Of a stretch of DNA of 64,000 nucleotides, positions 37,551 to 46,475 are shown in pieces. The notes under the pieces were generated by a model. It was not told the origin of the DNA. It was given only the letters and a program-made list of their open reading frames with translations, and did no database searches. Numbering within the stretch: the first letter of the stretch is position 1; each line of letters starts with the position of its first letter. A program made the translations under genes and the position numbers. The DNA comes from an uncultured Oscillospiraceae bacterium (lineage in GTDB: Bacteria; Bacillota; Clostridia; Saccharofermentanales; UBA5734): the NCBI GenBank assembly GCA_963827665.1, contig CAWHBQ010000007.1, forward strand, positions 6,401 to 70,400, written 5' to 3'.

Positions 37551-39107
37551 TCACTCCGTCAGCTGGTCTGCCAGCAATTGCATTTGCTTGATTTCACGCT
37601 GAGGATTTGTACTCGTCAGCAGTTTGTCCGAGAAAGCGTCAATCGTTTGAGCGAGCAAGCTGTCCCAGTTCGGGTGCTCATATTGCCCGCCGGTATAAAC
37701 ATACGGCAATATAGTGGGCAGCTCTGAAAGGCCTTTACCGCCTTTCTGCTGTTCAAGTAATGTTTCCCATACCCTGGAATCACTGACAGCCGGGAAAAGC
37801 CCTTCCTGCGACATCAGACGGGACTGGATCTGCAGTGCATCCGAATCGAACGATAAGAATGCCGCAAACTGGGCTGCCATCGCTCGGTATGGGCTGGCCT
37901 GGCTGACGGACAAGGTTAATAACCGGGCGGGCAATCGGACGATCCGTTCGGTCTGGCCAAAGGGCAGCAAGGTATAACCAACTGACGAAACTCGATCATC
38001 CGGAACACTGTACATTTCACTTGAATCGCCTATCCAGAAAACAACCTGTCCGTTGTCGATCATTTTTTTGATCGAACCGAACTGATCACTGAATGCCTGG
38101 TCCAGCGGATTTATCCAGGCACCTTTCTGGACCAGTTCACGCACTTGATCGACGCCAGCGGCGAAAGATGGATGTTCGAAGTTGAAATGGCGGCCATCCC
38201 AAGTCGACCAACCCAGGTTGGTGGTTTCTGCAGCCGGTATATAATCAATGAGCGCCTGTGGATTGGCAAACAGCAAGACAGCCTGCTCGCTGATCTGCAG
38301 TCGGTTATTTGCCTTTGAGATCTGGCCCAGAAGTGAGGCGTTCAGGAGTCGTCCATCCTGCCTGTATTTTTGGACCAGTTGGTCGATCAGGTTATTGAAG
38401 GATGTCCAGCTCATACTGCCGGCTGGTTCATCGACCGACGCTGCCTTCAGTAAATTGCGATTGTAATACAGGACGGGCAAGGTGACCCGCCAAGGCAGAT
38501 GATAAAACCCCTTCCCGCTCTGGCAAAGTTTGATCAAATTGGCGTTGGCCTTGTCTGATGAAAGGTCGGGATTATCGATCAACAGGGGGGTCAGATCAGA
38601 AAAATGCGACATAGCCTGTTCCTGATCGATCGAACGAGTCATGACAATATCGGGCCAATTCGAGGTAGCTGTCCAGCGCCTGGCCAGATCGTCGGTAAGA
38701 CCTTCCTGGATCGATATGGGTATGGACGAAAAATTGATCAATGGCTCGGTGTCGGCAATTGCAGCAAAGCTGATCTGGTCGCCGCCAGGCCAAGCACCGT
38801 CAGTCGATTTTGAATCTTCCTGCAGCATGGCATAGTATTTGCCGAGCAGGTCCAAGTCCGAGGCGGACCAGGGGCCAGCGACTTTCAAGGTGATTTTCGA
38901 TGCAGGACTGGTTTCGATTGTCGGTTCCGGATTTACAGGCAACTTAGTCGGTATAATGGACACGCCAAATCGACTCTCTGCAGCTGCCTCCGGTATGACC
39001 GGGTATTCCGGGTTGGCATTCAACCTGCAGCTGGCTGAGAATATCAGCGTCAGGCACAATACAAGTGCCAAACCGTAGCGCAGCCTGGAAAAATCAGACC
39101 TGTTCAT
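37551..39107 (-). CDS. Orphan extracellular solute-binding lipoprotein (family-1-like)
   Basis: 518 aa with lipobox IFSASC. Size and composition fit sugar-type ABC binding proteins, but no permease or ATPase genes are adjacent. Family assignment is weak. Confidence 0.55.
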   Translation of the reverse strand: MNRSDFSRLRYGLALVLCLTLIFSASCRLNANPEYPVIPEAAAESRFGVSIIPTKLPVNPEPTIETSPASKITLKVAGPWSASDLDLLGKYYAMLQEDSKSTDGAWPGGDQISFAAIADTEPLINFSSIPISIQEGLTDDLARRWTATSNWPDIVMTRSIDQEQAMSHFSDLTPLLIDNPDLSSDKANANLIKLCQSGKGFYHLPWRVTLPVLYYNRNLLKAASVDEPAGSMSWTSFNNLIDQLVQKYRQDGRLLNASLLGQISKANNRLQISEQAVLLFANPQALIDYIPAAETTNLGWSTWDGRHFNFEHPSFAAGVDQVRELVQKGAWINPLDQAFSDQFGSIKKMIDNGQVVFWIGDSSEMYSVPDDRVSSVGYTLLPFGQTERIVRLPARLLTLSVSQASPYRAMAAQFAAFLSFDSDALQIQSRLMSQEGLFPAVSDSRVWETLLEQQKGGKGLSELPTILPYVYTGGQYEHPNWDSLLAQTIDAFSDKLLTSTNPQREIKQMQLLADQLTE

Positions 39108-39600
39108 CAGTTCTTACACGCTCATAGGTCAGATACGAAAAGGACAGTCCGTCCTCCTCCTGGAGGGGTTCTTCGCTCATGAGATGCCACTCCGGCAATT
39201 GATCGAGATTGGGGAAAAAACGATCCGCCGGCCGGCTGGAATGGATTCGGGTGACATAGACCCGTTGACAGAAAGGCAGCAAGGCATCGTAGATGCTTGC
39301 ACCACCGATCACGAAAAGGTCATCCGGATGATAATCACCACAGCGGCTGAGCAGCTCGTCGATGGAACGGCAGATGATCGCACCTTCGACAGTATAGAAC
39401 GGGTTCCTGGACAAGATCAGATTGGTGCGGCCTGACAATGGCCGTCCTTGCGGGAACGTCTGCAGGGTTTTCCGGCCCAGGATGACAACTTTGCCAATGG
39501 TCAAAGACCTGAATCGCCGCAGGTCCGCTTTGATCCGGAAAAGGAGCTCACCATCCTGGCCGATTCCCCAGTTCTGGTCGACAGCAACGATCACATTCAT
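39094..39600 (-). CDS. folA: Dihydrofolate reductase
   Basis: MNVIVAVDQNWGIGQDGELLF...LGRKT...VIGGASIY. ATGA overlap with thyA. Confidence 0.88.
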   Translation of the reverse strand: MNVIVAVDQNWGIGQDGELLFRIKADLRRFRSLTIGKVVILGRKTLQTFPQGRPLSGRTNLILSRNPFYTVEGAIICRSIDELLSRCGDYHPDDLFVIGGASIYDALLPFCQRVYVTRIHSSRPADRFFPNLDQLPEWHLMSEEPLQEEDGLSFSYLTYERVRTDEQV

Positions 39601-40427
39601 ATGGCAACCGGGATCTTCGTCATCTTCTCCCCTGTTTCGTAATTTTCGAGGGAGAAACTGTCAACGGTAAACTGGTAATAATCCATGATCGCCGGGTCGA
39701 TCCGCAAGGTGGGCGCGGCAAAAGATGTACGGGAAATCAAGTCACGGACCAGCGGAACATGCCGGTCATAAATATGGGCGTCGGCAATGACGTGGACAAA
39801 TTCACCGACTTGCAGGTTGCTGACCTGGGCAAACATATGGACGAGAATTGCGTACTGCGTGACATTCCAGCTGTTAGCCACCAGCATATCCTGTGAGCGC
39901 TGGTTGAGGATGGCATTCAACCGGTTGCCTGAGACATTGAGCGTCAGGCTATAGGCACAAGGGTAAAGCTGCATTGCATGCAGATCCGGATGGTTGAACA
40001 TATTGGTCAGCATTCGCCGACTGGTCGGATTGTTTTTCAAGTCATAGAGCAGGCGGTCGACCTGATCGAATTCGCCCTCTTTGTAACTGGCTTTTTGGGC
40101 CAGCTGATAACCATAAGCTTTGCCGATGGTGCCCTGATCATCCGCCCAACTGTCCCAGATATGGCTGCCCAGGTCAGCAATTCGGTTCGACTTCTTTTGC
40201 CAGATCCAGAGCAGCTCATCGATAGCGGCTTTGAAGTTGATGGGCCGCAGCGTCAGGATGGGAAATTCTTCTGCCAGATTGTATCGATTGACGATGCCAA
40301 ACTGCTTGATCGTGTAAGCAGGCGGGCCGTCTTCCCAGCGCGGCCGGACATCCGTGCCGGTTTCATCATATCCGCATTCAAGAATCTGCAGGCAATTATC
40401 AATAAAAATCTGGTCTGCTTTGCTCAT
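39597..40427 (-). CDS. thyA: Thymidylate synthase (ThyA)
   Basis: RPRWEDG..., catalytic LYPCAYSLTLNV, NQRSQDMLVANSWNVTQYAILVHMFAQV. Start taken at MSKADQIF. Confidence 0.88.
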   Translation of the reverse strand: MSKADQIFIDNCLQILECGYDETGTDVRPRWEDGPPAYTIKQFGIVNRYNLAEEFPILTLRPINFKAAIDELLWIWQKKSNRIADLGSHIWDSWADDQGTIGKAYGYQLAQKASYKEGEFDQVDRLLYDLKNNPTSRRMLTNMFNHPDLHAMQLYPCAYSLTLNVSGNRLNAILNQRSQDMLVANSWNVTQYAILVHMFAQVSNLQVGEFVHVIADAHIYDRHVPLVRDLISRTSFAAPTLRIDPAIMDYYQFTVDSFSLENYETGEKMTKIPVAI

Positions 40428-40599
40428 TGAATCCAAAGTCCTCCGCCATCCATGGTTCCAGCCGATCGGCATGTCCTCCCGGCTGGATTTATTGAGTATA
40501 GTATAATCGATTTTTCATTCGGCTTGCAGGTTTTCGAACAGCAGGAAAATAATAAAAAAGACCGGCTCCAGCTTGTTGCTGAAACCGATTCTTATCGAC

Positions 40600-40675
40600 T
40601 GGTCGGAGTGAGAGGACTTGAACCTCCGGCCTCTTGGTCCCGAACCAAGCGCTCTACCACCTGAGCCACACCCCG
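40600..40675 (-). tRNA. tRNA-Pro (anticodon CGG)
   Basis: Reverse complement CGGGGTGTGGCTCAGGTGGTAGAGCGCTTGGTTCGGGACCAAGAGGCCGGAGGTTCAAGTCCTCTCACTCCGACCA. Confidence 0.9.
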
Positions 40676-40686
40676 TCAGCCTTGCT

Positions 40687-40715
40687 ATTTTACTGGTATA
40701 ACCTTTGAGTGTCAA
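40687..40715 (-). promoter_or_regulatory. Sigma-A promoter of tRNA-Pro
   Basis: Minus strand TTGACA, 17 nt, TAAAAT, ending about 12 nt before the mature tRNA 5' end. Confidence 0.65.
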
Positions 40716-40842
40716 GGGTGACAAAGGAAAAAGCCGCCCGATTCCGGACAGCTTTTGGATCAGCTTTTGGATTGACTTGGAAAGGATCACTGAGGTGATC
40801 CGGTTGATCTGATCGGATCAGCCGGATCGGGGGATCATTTGA

Positions 40843-42626
40843 TTATTGAGCGATGTACCGGGTTGCAACTTCCTGCTGCAAACGGGCGATCAACGCGTCA
40901 ACCGGCATCACACCGAGGTCACCCTCCCGGCGCGAACGGACGGCCACGGTTCCTGTTCGATTTCCTGGATCGCCGAGCACCAGCATGTACTGGATCTTGT
41001 CCATCTGGGCTTCGCGGATTTTCTTGCCGATTTTCTCATCGCGGCTGTCGATATCGACGCGCAAACCGGCAGCCCGCAAGCGGTCGGCCACCTTGGCCAG
41101 CAGCTTCAGGTATGGCTGCTCGGAAATCGGCAGGATCCGGGCTTGCTCCGGCGCGATCCAGAGCGGCAGGGCACCGGCGTATTTTTCGATCAGCAGGGCC
41201 AGTGTCCGTTCGTAGCAGCCGATCGATGTGCGGTGAATGATGTACGGGATGCTGTTTCTGGCCATCGCGGTCGGTATATTCCATGCCAAACCGCTCAGCC
41301 AGCTGGAAGTCGATCTGGATGGTGATCAGCGTGTCTTCCTTGCCAAAGACGTTCTTGATCTGGATATCCAGCTTGGGTCCGTAGAAAGCCGCTTCACCGA
41401 TGCCGATCTGATACTTCAGCCCGATGTGGTCGAGGATCTGGCCTGCATGGTGTCCTGGACGTCGTCCCATTGCTCGGCTGAGCCGATGAATTTCTCGCTG
41501 GTCGTTCGGATCCCACTTGCGAAAAACGATAGCTGACATCATCGTCAAAGCCGACAGCTTTCAGCATGAATTGGGCCAGGTCGAGGCAGCCGCGGAATTC
41601 CTGTTCAAGCTGTTCTGGCGTGCACACCAGATGGCCTTCGGAAATGGTGAACTGGCGGACGCGGATCAGGCCGTGCATTTCGCCGGACGACTCATTGCGG
41701 AACAGGGTCGAAGTCTCGTTGTAGCGGATCGGCAGGTCACGGTAGCTGCGGGTCTTGGTCAGGTAAGCCTGGAACTGGAACGGGCAGGTCATCGGCCGCA
41801 GGGCCAGGACCTCTTCCGTATCGGCTTTGTCCGGATCACCGATGATGAACATGCCCGTCACGGTAGTGCTGCCAGTGGCCGGAAATCTTGTACAGATCGG
41901 ATTTGGCCATGAAGGGTGTCTTGGTCAGCAGGTAGCCGCGCTTTTCTTCTTCATCCTCGACAAAACGCTGCAGCAGCTGGATGATCCGCGCACCTTTCGG
42001 CAGCAGGATCGGCAAGCCCTGGCCGATATAATCGACCGTCGTGAAAAAGCCCAGCTCGCGGCCCAGTTTGTTGTGGTCACGCTTGCGTGCTTCCTCCTGC
42101 TGTTCAAGATATTCCTTGAGCTGCTGCTTGTCCGGGAAGCTCGTGCCATAGATTCGCTGCAGCATTTTGTTCTTTTCGCTGCCGCGCCAGTAGGCTCCGG
42201 CGACCTGGGTCAGCTTGAAAGCCTTGACTTCACCAGTTTGACCAGGTGCGGACCGGCACAGAGATCAACGAAATCACCCTGCCGGTAAAAAGAGATCACC
42301 GCATCAGCCGGCAGATCATCGATCAGCTCGACCTTGTAGGTCTCGCCGGCTCGCTGCATCAGATCACGGGCCTCGTCTCGCGGCAGTTCGAAGCGTTCGA
42401 TCGGGTAGTTGCTTTGACGATCCGGCTCATTTCATCTTCGATTTGACCGAGTTCTTCCGGAGAGAAGGGCTGTTCCCGGTCAAAATCGTAATAATAACCC
42501 GATTTCGATTGCCGGACCGATCGCCAGAAGCGTTTCCGGATACAGTTTCTTGACTGCCTGGGCGAGGATGTGGGACGAAGTATGGCGAAATGCGTGCCGA
42601 TAAGCCGCATCGCTGAAATCAGACAT
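40843..42626 (-). pseudogene. thrS: Threonyl-tRNA synthetase (short form without TGS domain), at least 6 frameshifts as assembled
   Basis: MSDFSDAAYRHAFRHTSSHILAQAVKKLYPETLLAIGPAIE / [29 protein letters not shown] / [30 protein letters not shown]...GPHLVK / [32 protein letters not shown]... / ALRPMTCPFQFQAY...RNESSGEMHGLIRVRQFTISEGH / ...ALPLWIAPEQARILPISE...GNRTGTVAVRSRREGDLGVMPVDALIARLQQEV*, alternating between frames. Confidence 0.85.
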
Positions 42627-42664
42627 AAAAAACCTCCACTAAATACGGTTCAAAGGGGTAAATG

Positions 42665-42693
42665 CTTTTATCAAGCTCTTCCATGATAATCAA
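42665..42693 (-). promoter_or_regulatory. Candidate thrS promoter
   Basis: Minus strand TTGATT, 17 nt, TAAAAG. It would leave a leader of only about 35 nt. Confidence 0.35.
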
Positions 42694-42800
42694 TCAGCTC
42701 GGTTTTGTAAATTCAAGTGACTATTCACTGGTATTATTGGATCTATGTCTGATCTTTCGCCTTCAGGATATTACATTTTGCCTAAATTTCGGCCAATCGT

Positions 42801-42829
42801 TTGCAGATTTTCCGGCGAATTGCTAGAAT
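42801..42829 (+). promoter_or_regulatory. Sigma-A promoter of the DUF3048 gene
   Basis: TTGCAG, 17 nt, TAGAAT. GGAGG RBS at 42865-42869 and ATG at 42880. Confidence 0.55.
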
Positions 42830-42879
42830 TGAAACAATTGAACCAATCGTCCGATCGAATTTCTGGAGGTACAGCGCAC

Positions 42880-43977
42880 ATGGTCAAATACCGATCCCTT
42901 TTATCAAGATTTGTCCTTGTCAGTGTCATGCTGGTCTTGGTGCTGGGCCTTGTTGCCGCAACGCCTGCGGCTCCGCAAACAAAAACCGTTACCTTGGATT
43001 GGAATCGACCGGTGAGCCAAGTGCAGTCCTCAGCTGCCTTTCCATCGGTCAAAGAGGTTGCCAATTACAATCCACTGACCGGTCTGGCGCTCAGGGACGT
43101 TTCAACTGCCAATCTGCGGCCAGTCGCGATTATGATCAACAACATCAAGATCGCAACCCCACAGGCGGGAATCGGTTCAGCGGACTTGATCTATGAATTG
43201 GAAGTCGAAGGCTCAATCACGCGCATGATGGCTGTGTTCGCCAATCCTGCGAGTGTCCCGGAAATCGGGTCGATTCGCAGCCTGCGTCATGATTTCATTG
43301 ATCTTGCCGGAGCGTTCGACGCGATTGTTGTCCATTTCGGTGGATCAACCGTCGCTTACAGCCAAGTCGCAGCCCAGGGTACATCCCATGTCGACAGCTC
43401 GAATGCCGGTTCTGCTTACTGGCGGGACAGCAAGTGGCGCAAGACAAGAGGTTATGAGCACAGTGTGAAAACAAATGGCGCAAAGCTGGTCAAGGCAATC
43501 AACCAGTTGAAATTGCGGGCTGCCAATAGCAATAGCAACCGGGCCTGGTTCCTCTTCCAGCCAGGTATCGATGTGGTCCCGGCATCCGGAGCCAGTGCGA
43601 TATCCGTCCAGGCACCTTTTTCCAACTACAACAATGCAACTTTCTCCTATGATGCTGCAACAAAATCCTATAAAAAGGGACAATTCAAAGCTCTACAGAT
43701 CGATGTGTCAACCGGAAAGGCGCTGCGCTTCACCAATGTCCTGCTCCTTAAGGCTTCTGTGACCAGTTATGGCGGCAGTAAATTGCGAGAGTACGATTTG
43801 ACGTCCGGTACCGGCTACTATCTCTCCGGGGGAAAATACGAAACCATTAACTGGAGCAAAGGTGGTACCAATGACCCCTGGTTCTTTACTCGCGCGGACG
43901 GTTCTGAACTGGTGCTCAACCGTGGCAAAACATATATCGGTGTTTCAAGCAAGACAAAATCGGTCTCATTCAAGTAG
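42880..43977 (+). CDS. DUF3048 (YerB-like) secreted/anchored protein
   Basis: Signal anchor MVKYRSLLSRFVLVSVMLVLVLGLV, then RPVAIMINNIKIATPQAGIGSADLIYELEVEGSITRMMAVF, characteristic of DUF3048. Confidence 0.75.
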   Translation: MVKYRSLLSRFVLVSVMLVLVLGLVAATPAAPQTKTVTLDWNRPVSQVQSSAAFPSVKEVANYNPLTGLALRDVSTANLRPVAIMINNIKIATPQAGIGSADLIYELEVEGSITRMMAVFANPASVPEIGSIRSLRHDFIDLAGAFDAIVVHFGGSTVAYSQVAAQGTSHVDSSNAGSAYWRDSKWRKTRGYEHSVKTNGAKLVKAINQLKLRAANSNSNRAWFLFQPGIDVVPASGASAISVQAPFSNYNNATFSYDAATKSYKKGQFKALQIDVSTGKALRFTNVLLLKASVTSYGGSKLREYDLTSGTGYYLSGGKYETINWSKGGTNDPWFFTRADGSELVLNRGKTYIGVSSKTKSVSFK

Positions 43978-44050
43978 AAACAACGCAGGGAAATTAACAG
44001 CCCCTCTGTACTATAGGTCAAACATCTGATCAATATTTCAAACCACAGGT

Positions 44051-44764
44051 CTAGCGGATATCGATCAAGTCGGCGATTACATCGTAGCGGCTTTGTTTGA
44101 TACCCGCTACTTTCATGAGATCCTCTTTGGCCGTAAATGGACCATTGCGCTCCCGGTAATCAACAATCGCCTTGGCCGTAGCCGGTCCAATCCCAGGCAG
44201 AGTGTCAAGTTCATCGATCGTTGCCAGGTTCAGATTGACAATAGTCGAAGTTGACTCCGAAACACTGTCGGTCCAGGCGTACGCTGGGTGTTCGGCAAAC
44301 TCACCTGTTGTCGGTATCCGGATATGGATATTCTCCGTAATTTTCTGGGCCAGGTTGATTTCTGTGGCTGCAGCATCCGGACGCAGTCCGCCAGCCTGGT
44401 CGATCAGCTGATAGAGGTAGCTGCCGCGGACAATCTGGTAGATGCCAGGCTGATTGACCGCACCGACCAGATAGACTGGAACTAGATCCGGTTCTCTTGT
44501 GGCCTGGCTATTGTTCAGTCCTGTAGCCGTACCGGGGCTTGCAGAACTGCCGGATGAGTTCAACTGAACATTATCCGCTGTTTCCGCCTGGGCCGGCATC
44601 GCTGAAACCGCAGCTGGATCACTGCTGGATAGAGCTGAAGACGAATCAAGTATAAAGCCTGTGGGCTTAACACGCTGATATTCAATCACCGCGGCAGCCA
44701 ACGAAAAAATGCACAATCCGATCATCATGCCAAGCCATTTTTTGGGAATTTCAACTTTTTTCAT
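44051..44764 (-). CDS. comEA: ComEA-family DNA-binding competence protein (SLBB plus helix-hairpin-helix)
   Basis: N-terminal TM, VYLVGAVNQPGIYQI (SLBB), and C-terminal LNLATIDELDTLPGIGPATAKAIVDYRERNGPFTAKEDLMKVAGI. Confidence 0.8.
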   Translation of the reverse strand: MKKVEIPKKWLGMMIGLCIFSLAAAVIEYQRVKPTGFILDSSSALSSSDPAAVSAMPAQAETADNVQLNSSGSSASPGTATGLNNSQATREPDLVPVYLVGAVNQPGIYQIVRGSYLYQLIDQAGGLRPDAAATEINLAQKITENIHIRIPTTGEFAEHPAYAWTDSVSESTSTIVNLNLATIDELDTLPGIGPATAKAIVDYRERNGPFTAKEDLMKVAGIKQSRYDVIADLIDIR

Positions 44765-44804
44765 GATTTAACCTCGCGAACTCCTACGATCAAATTCAGC
44801 GTAA

Positions 44805-44826
44805 CAAAAAAGGGAAGGTTTTCCCT
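44805..44826 (-). terminator. Weak terminator after rsfS
   Basis: Minus strand AGGGAA-aacc-TTCCCT followed by TTTTTT. Confidence 0.4.
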
Positions 44827-44868
44827 CCCCTCTTCTAACGACATATTTCGCGATATTTCGACAAATAA

Positions 44869-45222
44869 TCAGGTGTGGCTGGGTTCTTCCCGGTGGCGGC
44901 TGGCACGCCAGAGTTTTTCCAGGCTGTAGAAATCGCGCTCTTCAGGGTGGAAAACATGGACGACAACGTCGCCATAGTCGAGCAGGATCCAGCGTGAGGT
45001 TTCCTGGCCTTCAGTATGATCAGCCATCCGGCGTTCTTGTTCTTTCAGGACAAATTCCACTTCGCCGGCTAAAGCCTTGACATGGGTCGTCGAGGTGCCG
45101 GTGGCGAGAACAAAATAGTCAGCCAGGATGGTTTTGTTGGAAACATCGATGACTTCAACGTCCATCGCTTTTTTATCTTCAAGGATAGTGCGGATCTTAT
45201 TGGCAAGTACTTCTGCAGTCAA
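44869..45222 (-). CDS. rsfS: Ribosome silencing factor RsfS (iojap)
   Basis: 117 aa. ILADYFVLATGTSTTHVKAL...WILLDYGDVVVHVFHPEERDFYSLEKLW. Confidence 0.88.
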   Translation of the reverse strand: MTAEVLANKIRTILEDKKAMDVEVIDVSNKTILADYFVLATGTSTTHVKALAGEVEFVLKEQERRMADHTEGQETSRWILLDYGDVVVHVFHPEERDFYSLEKLWRASRHREEPSHT

Positions 45223-45239
45223 TGGTTTAATCTCCTTCG

Positions 45240-46475
45240 TTATTCGGCGTAATCATGGCTGAAATGATCAATTTTGTCAACACCACTCAATATGCCAAGC
45301 TTTTCGATCGCAGCTTGGGCATACGGGTGTGATGGTTTCTGCTCGCGTTCGAGGAAGGCTTCAACCTCAACCAGGCAAAGTCTCATGGCTTGTTCAAGGT
45401 CGACTTCGGCGGCTTTCCGGATGCCGGCAAGATTGTTGTAAGTCCGGGCCGGTTCTACTTTGTCAGCCACGTAGATTAAGAGATCAAGTGGTGACATATC
45501 GCCACTGCCGGTCGTGTGGTAGTGGATGGCCTGGAGAATGACCGGATCGTTGATCCCAAATTCGATGCGAGCCAGATAGGCTCCGGCAGGCCCATGGGCC
45601 AGTGCAGGTTCAAGCAAGGCAGGATCGCCAGCCAGACGTGCATAGTGAAGCACCGTATGAGCTTCAAGGCATTTGGCACAATCATGCATCAAACCGGCAA
45701 TACCAGCCTGTTCTATGGAAATCTGATGTTTTCTGGCCAGATGCATCGCGTAGCGCATGACATTGAGCGAATGGAGCAGTCGTTTGGTATTCAGCAAGGG
45801 CCGGACTTGACGTTCATAATCTGCCAGCCGGTGCCAGATCTCCGGTTCGATCCTGGCTAATTCATCGTCGTAACCATAGATATCATGTTTTTCGATCAGC
45901 GCGGCGACCCTTTCGGGCACCAGATGAACATGGCTTTCACCGTTCACGATCATTTCACGAACCTGTGTCGCCGACAATTCCGGCATCGGTGCGTCGAGAA
46001 ACGCAATCCTGGCCTGGTAGATCTGGCGCAAATAATCGGCCTGCTGTTCGGCTTGAAACCGGTCAATCCCGCCACGACAGGCTATCAATAACGGGCAGCG
46101 CGCCAGGATCAATTCTGGTGAACGCCAGGAGGGCAAGTCGAACAAAACATCTGACCCATAGATCAGGACGAGTTCATCTGAAGGTGGTGTCATATCCTGC
46201 AGGGCTGCCACCGTGTCAATCGTAAAGGAACGACCGCTGCGATTGATTTCGAGATCGGAAACTTCGACGGTTTCCAGGTCTGTGACGCCGCGAAGGGCCA
46301 TTTCATAGCGATAGCCGGCAGCCGAGACTTTGATTCTGGTCTTGTGCGGCTGCTGGCCAGCGACCATCAGGATAATCCGGTCGACCAGCCGGGATTCGAG
46401 CACAGCTTCGACCAACTGGCGATGTCCATTATGGAAGGGATCGAATGAGCCTCCGATCAGGCCGATGCGTGTCAC
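45240..46475 (-). CDS. nadD: Fusion of nicotinate-nucleotide adenylyltransferase (NadD) and YqeK HD-domain hydrolase
   Basis: Single 411-aa ORF. The N-terminal half has GGSFDPFHNGH and SATQVRE (NadD). The C-terminal half has RLLHSLNVMRYAMHLA...GLMHDCAK...YHTTG (YqeK-type HD). Confidence 0.85.
   Translation of the reverse strand: MTRIGLIGGSFDPFHNGHRQLVEAVLESRLVDRIILMVAGQQPHKTRIKVSAAGYRYEMALRGVTDLETVEVSDLEINRSGRSFTIDTVAALQDMTPPSDELVLIYGSDVLFDLPSWRSPELILARCPLLIACRGGIDRFQAEQQADYLRQIYQARIAFLDAPMPELSATQVREMIVNGESHVHLVPERVAALIEKHDIYGYDDELARIEPEIWHRLADYERQVRPLLNTKRLLHSLNVMRYAMHLARKHQISIEQAGIAGLMHDCAKCLEAHTVLHYARLAGDPALLEPALAHGPAGAYLARIEFGINDPVILQAIHYHTTGSGDMSPLDLLIYVADKVEPARTYNNLAGIRKAAEVDLEQAMRLCLVEVEAFLEREQKPSHPYAQAAIEKLGILSGVDKIDHFSHDYAE

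Noticed and set aside
42627-42744. T-box leader upstream of thrS.
   Set aside because: Only 118 nt are available. I could not find a specifier-loop/T-box (AGGGUGGNACC-like) element or a terminator/antiterminator pair.
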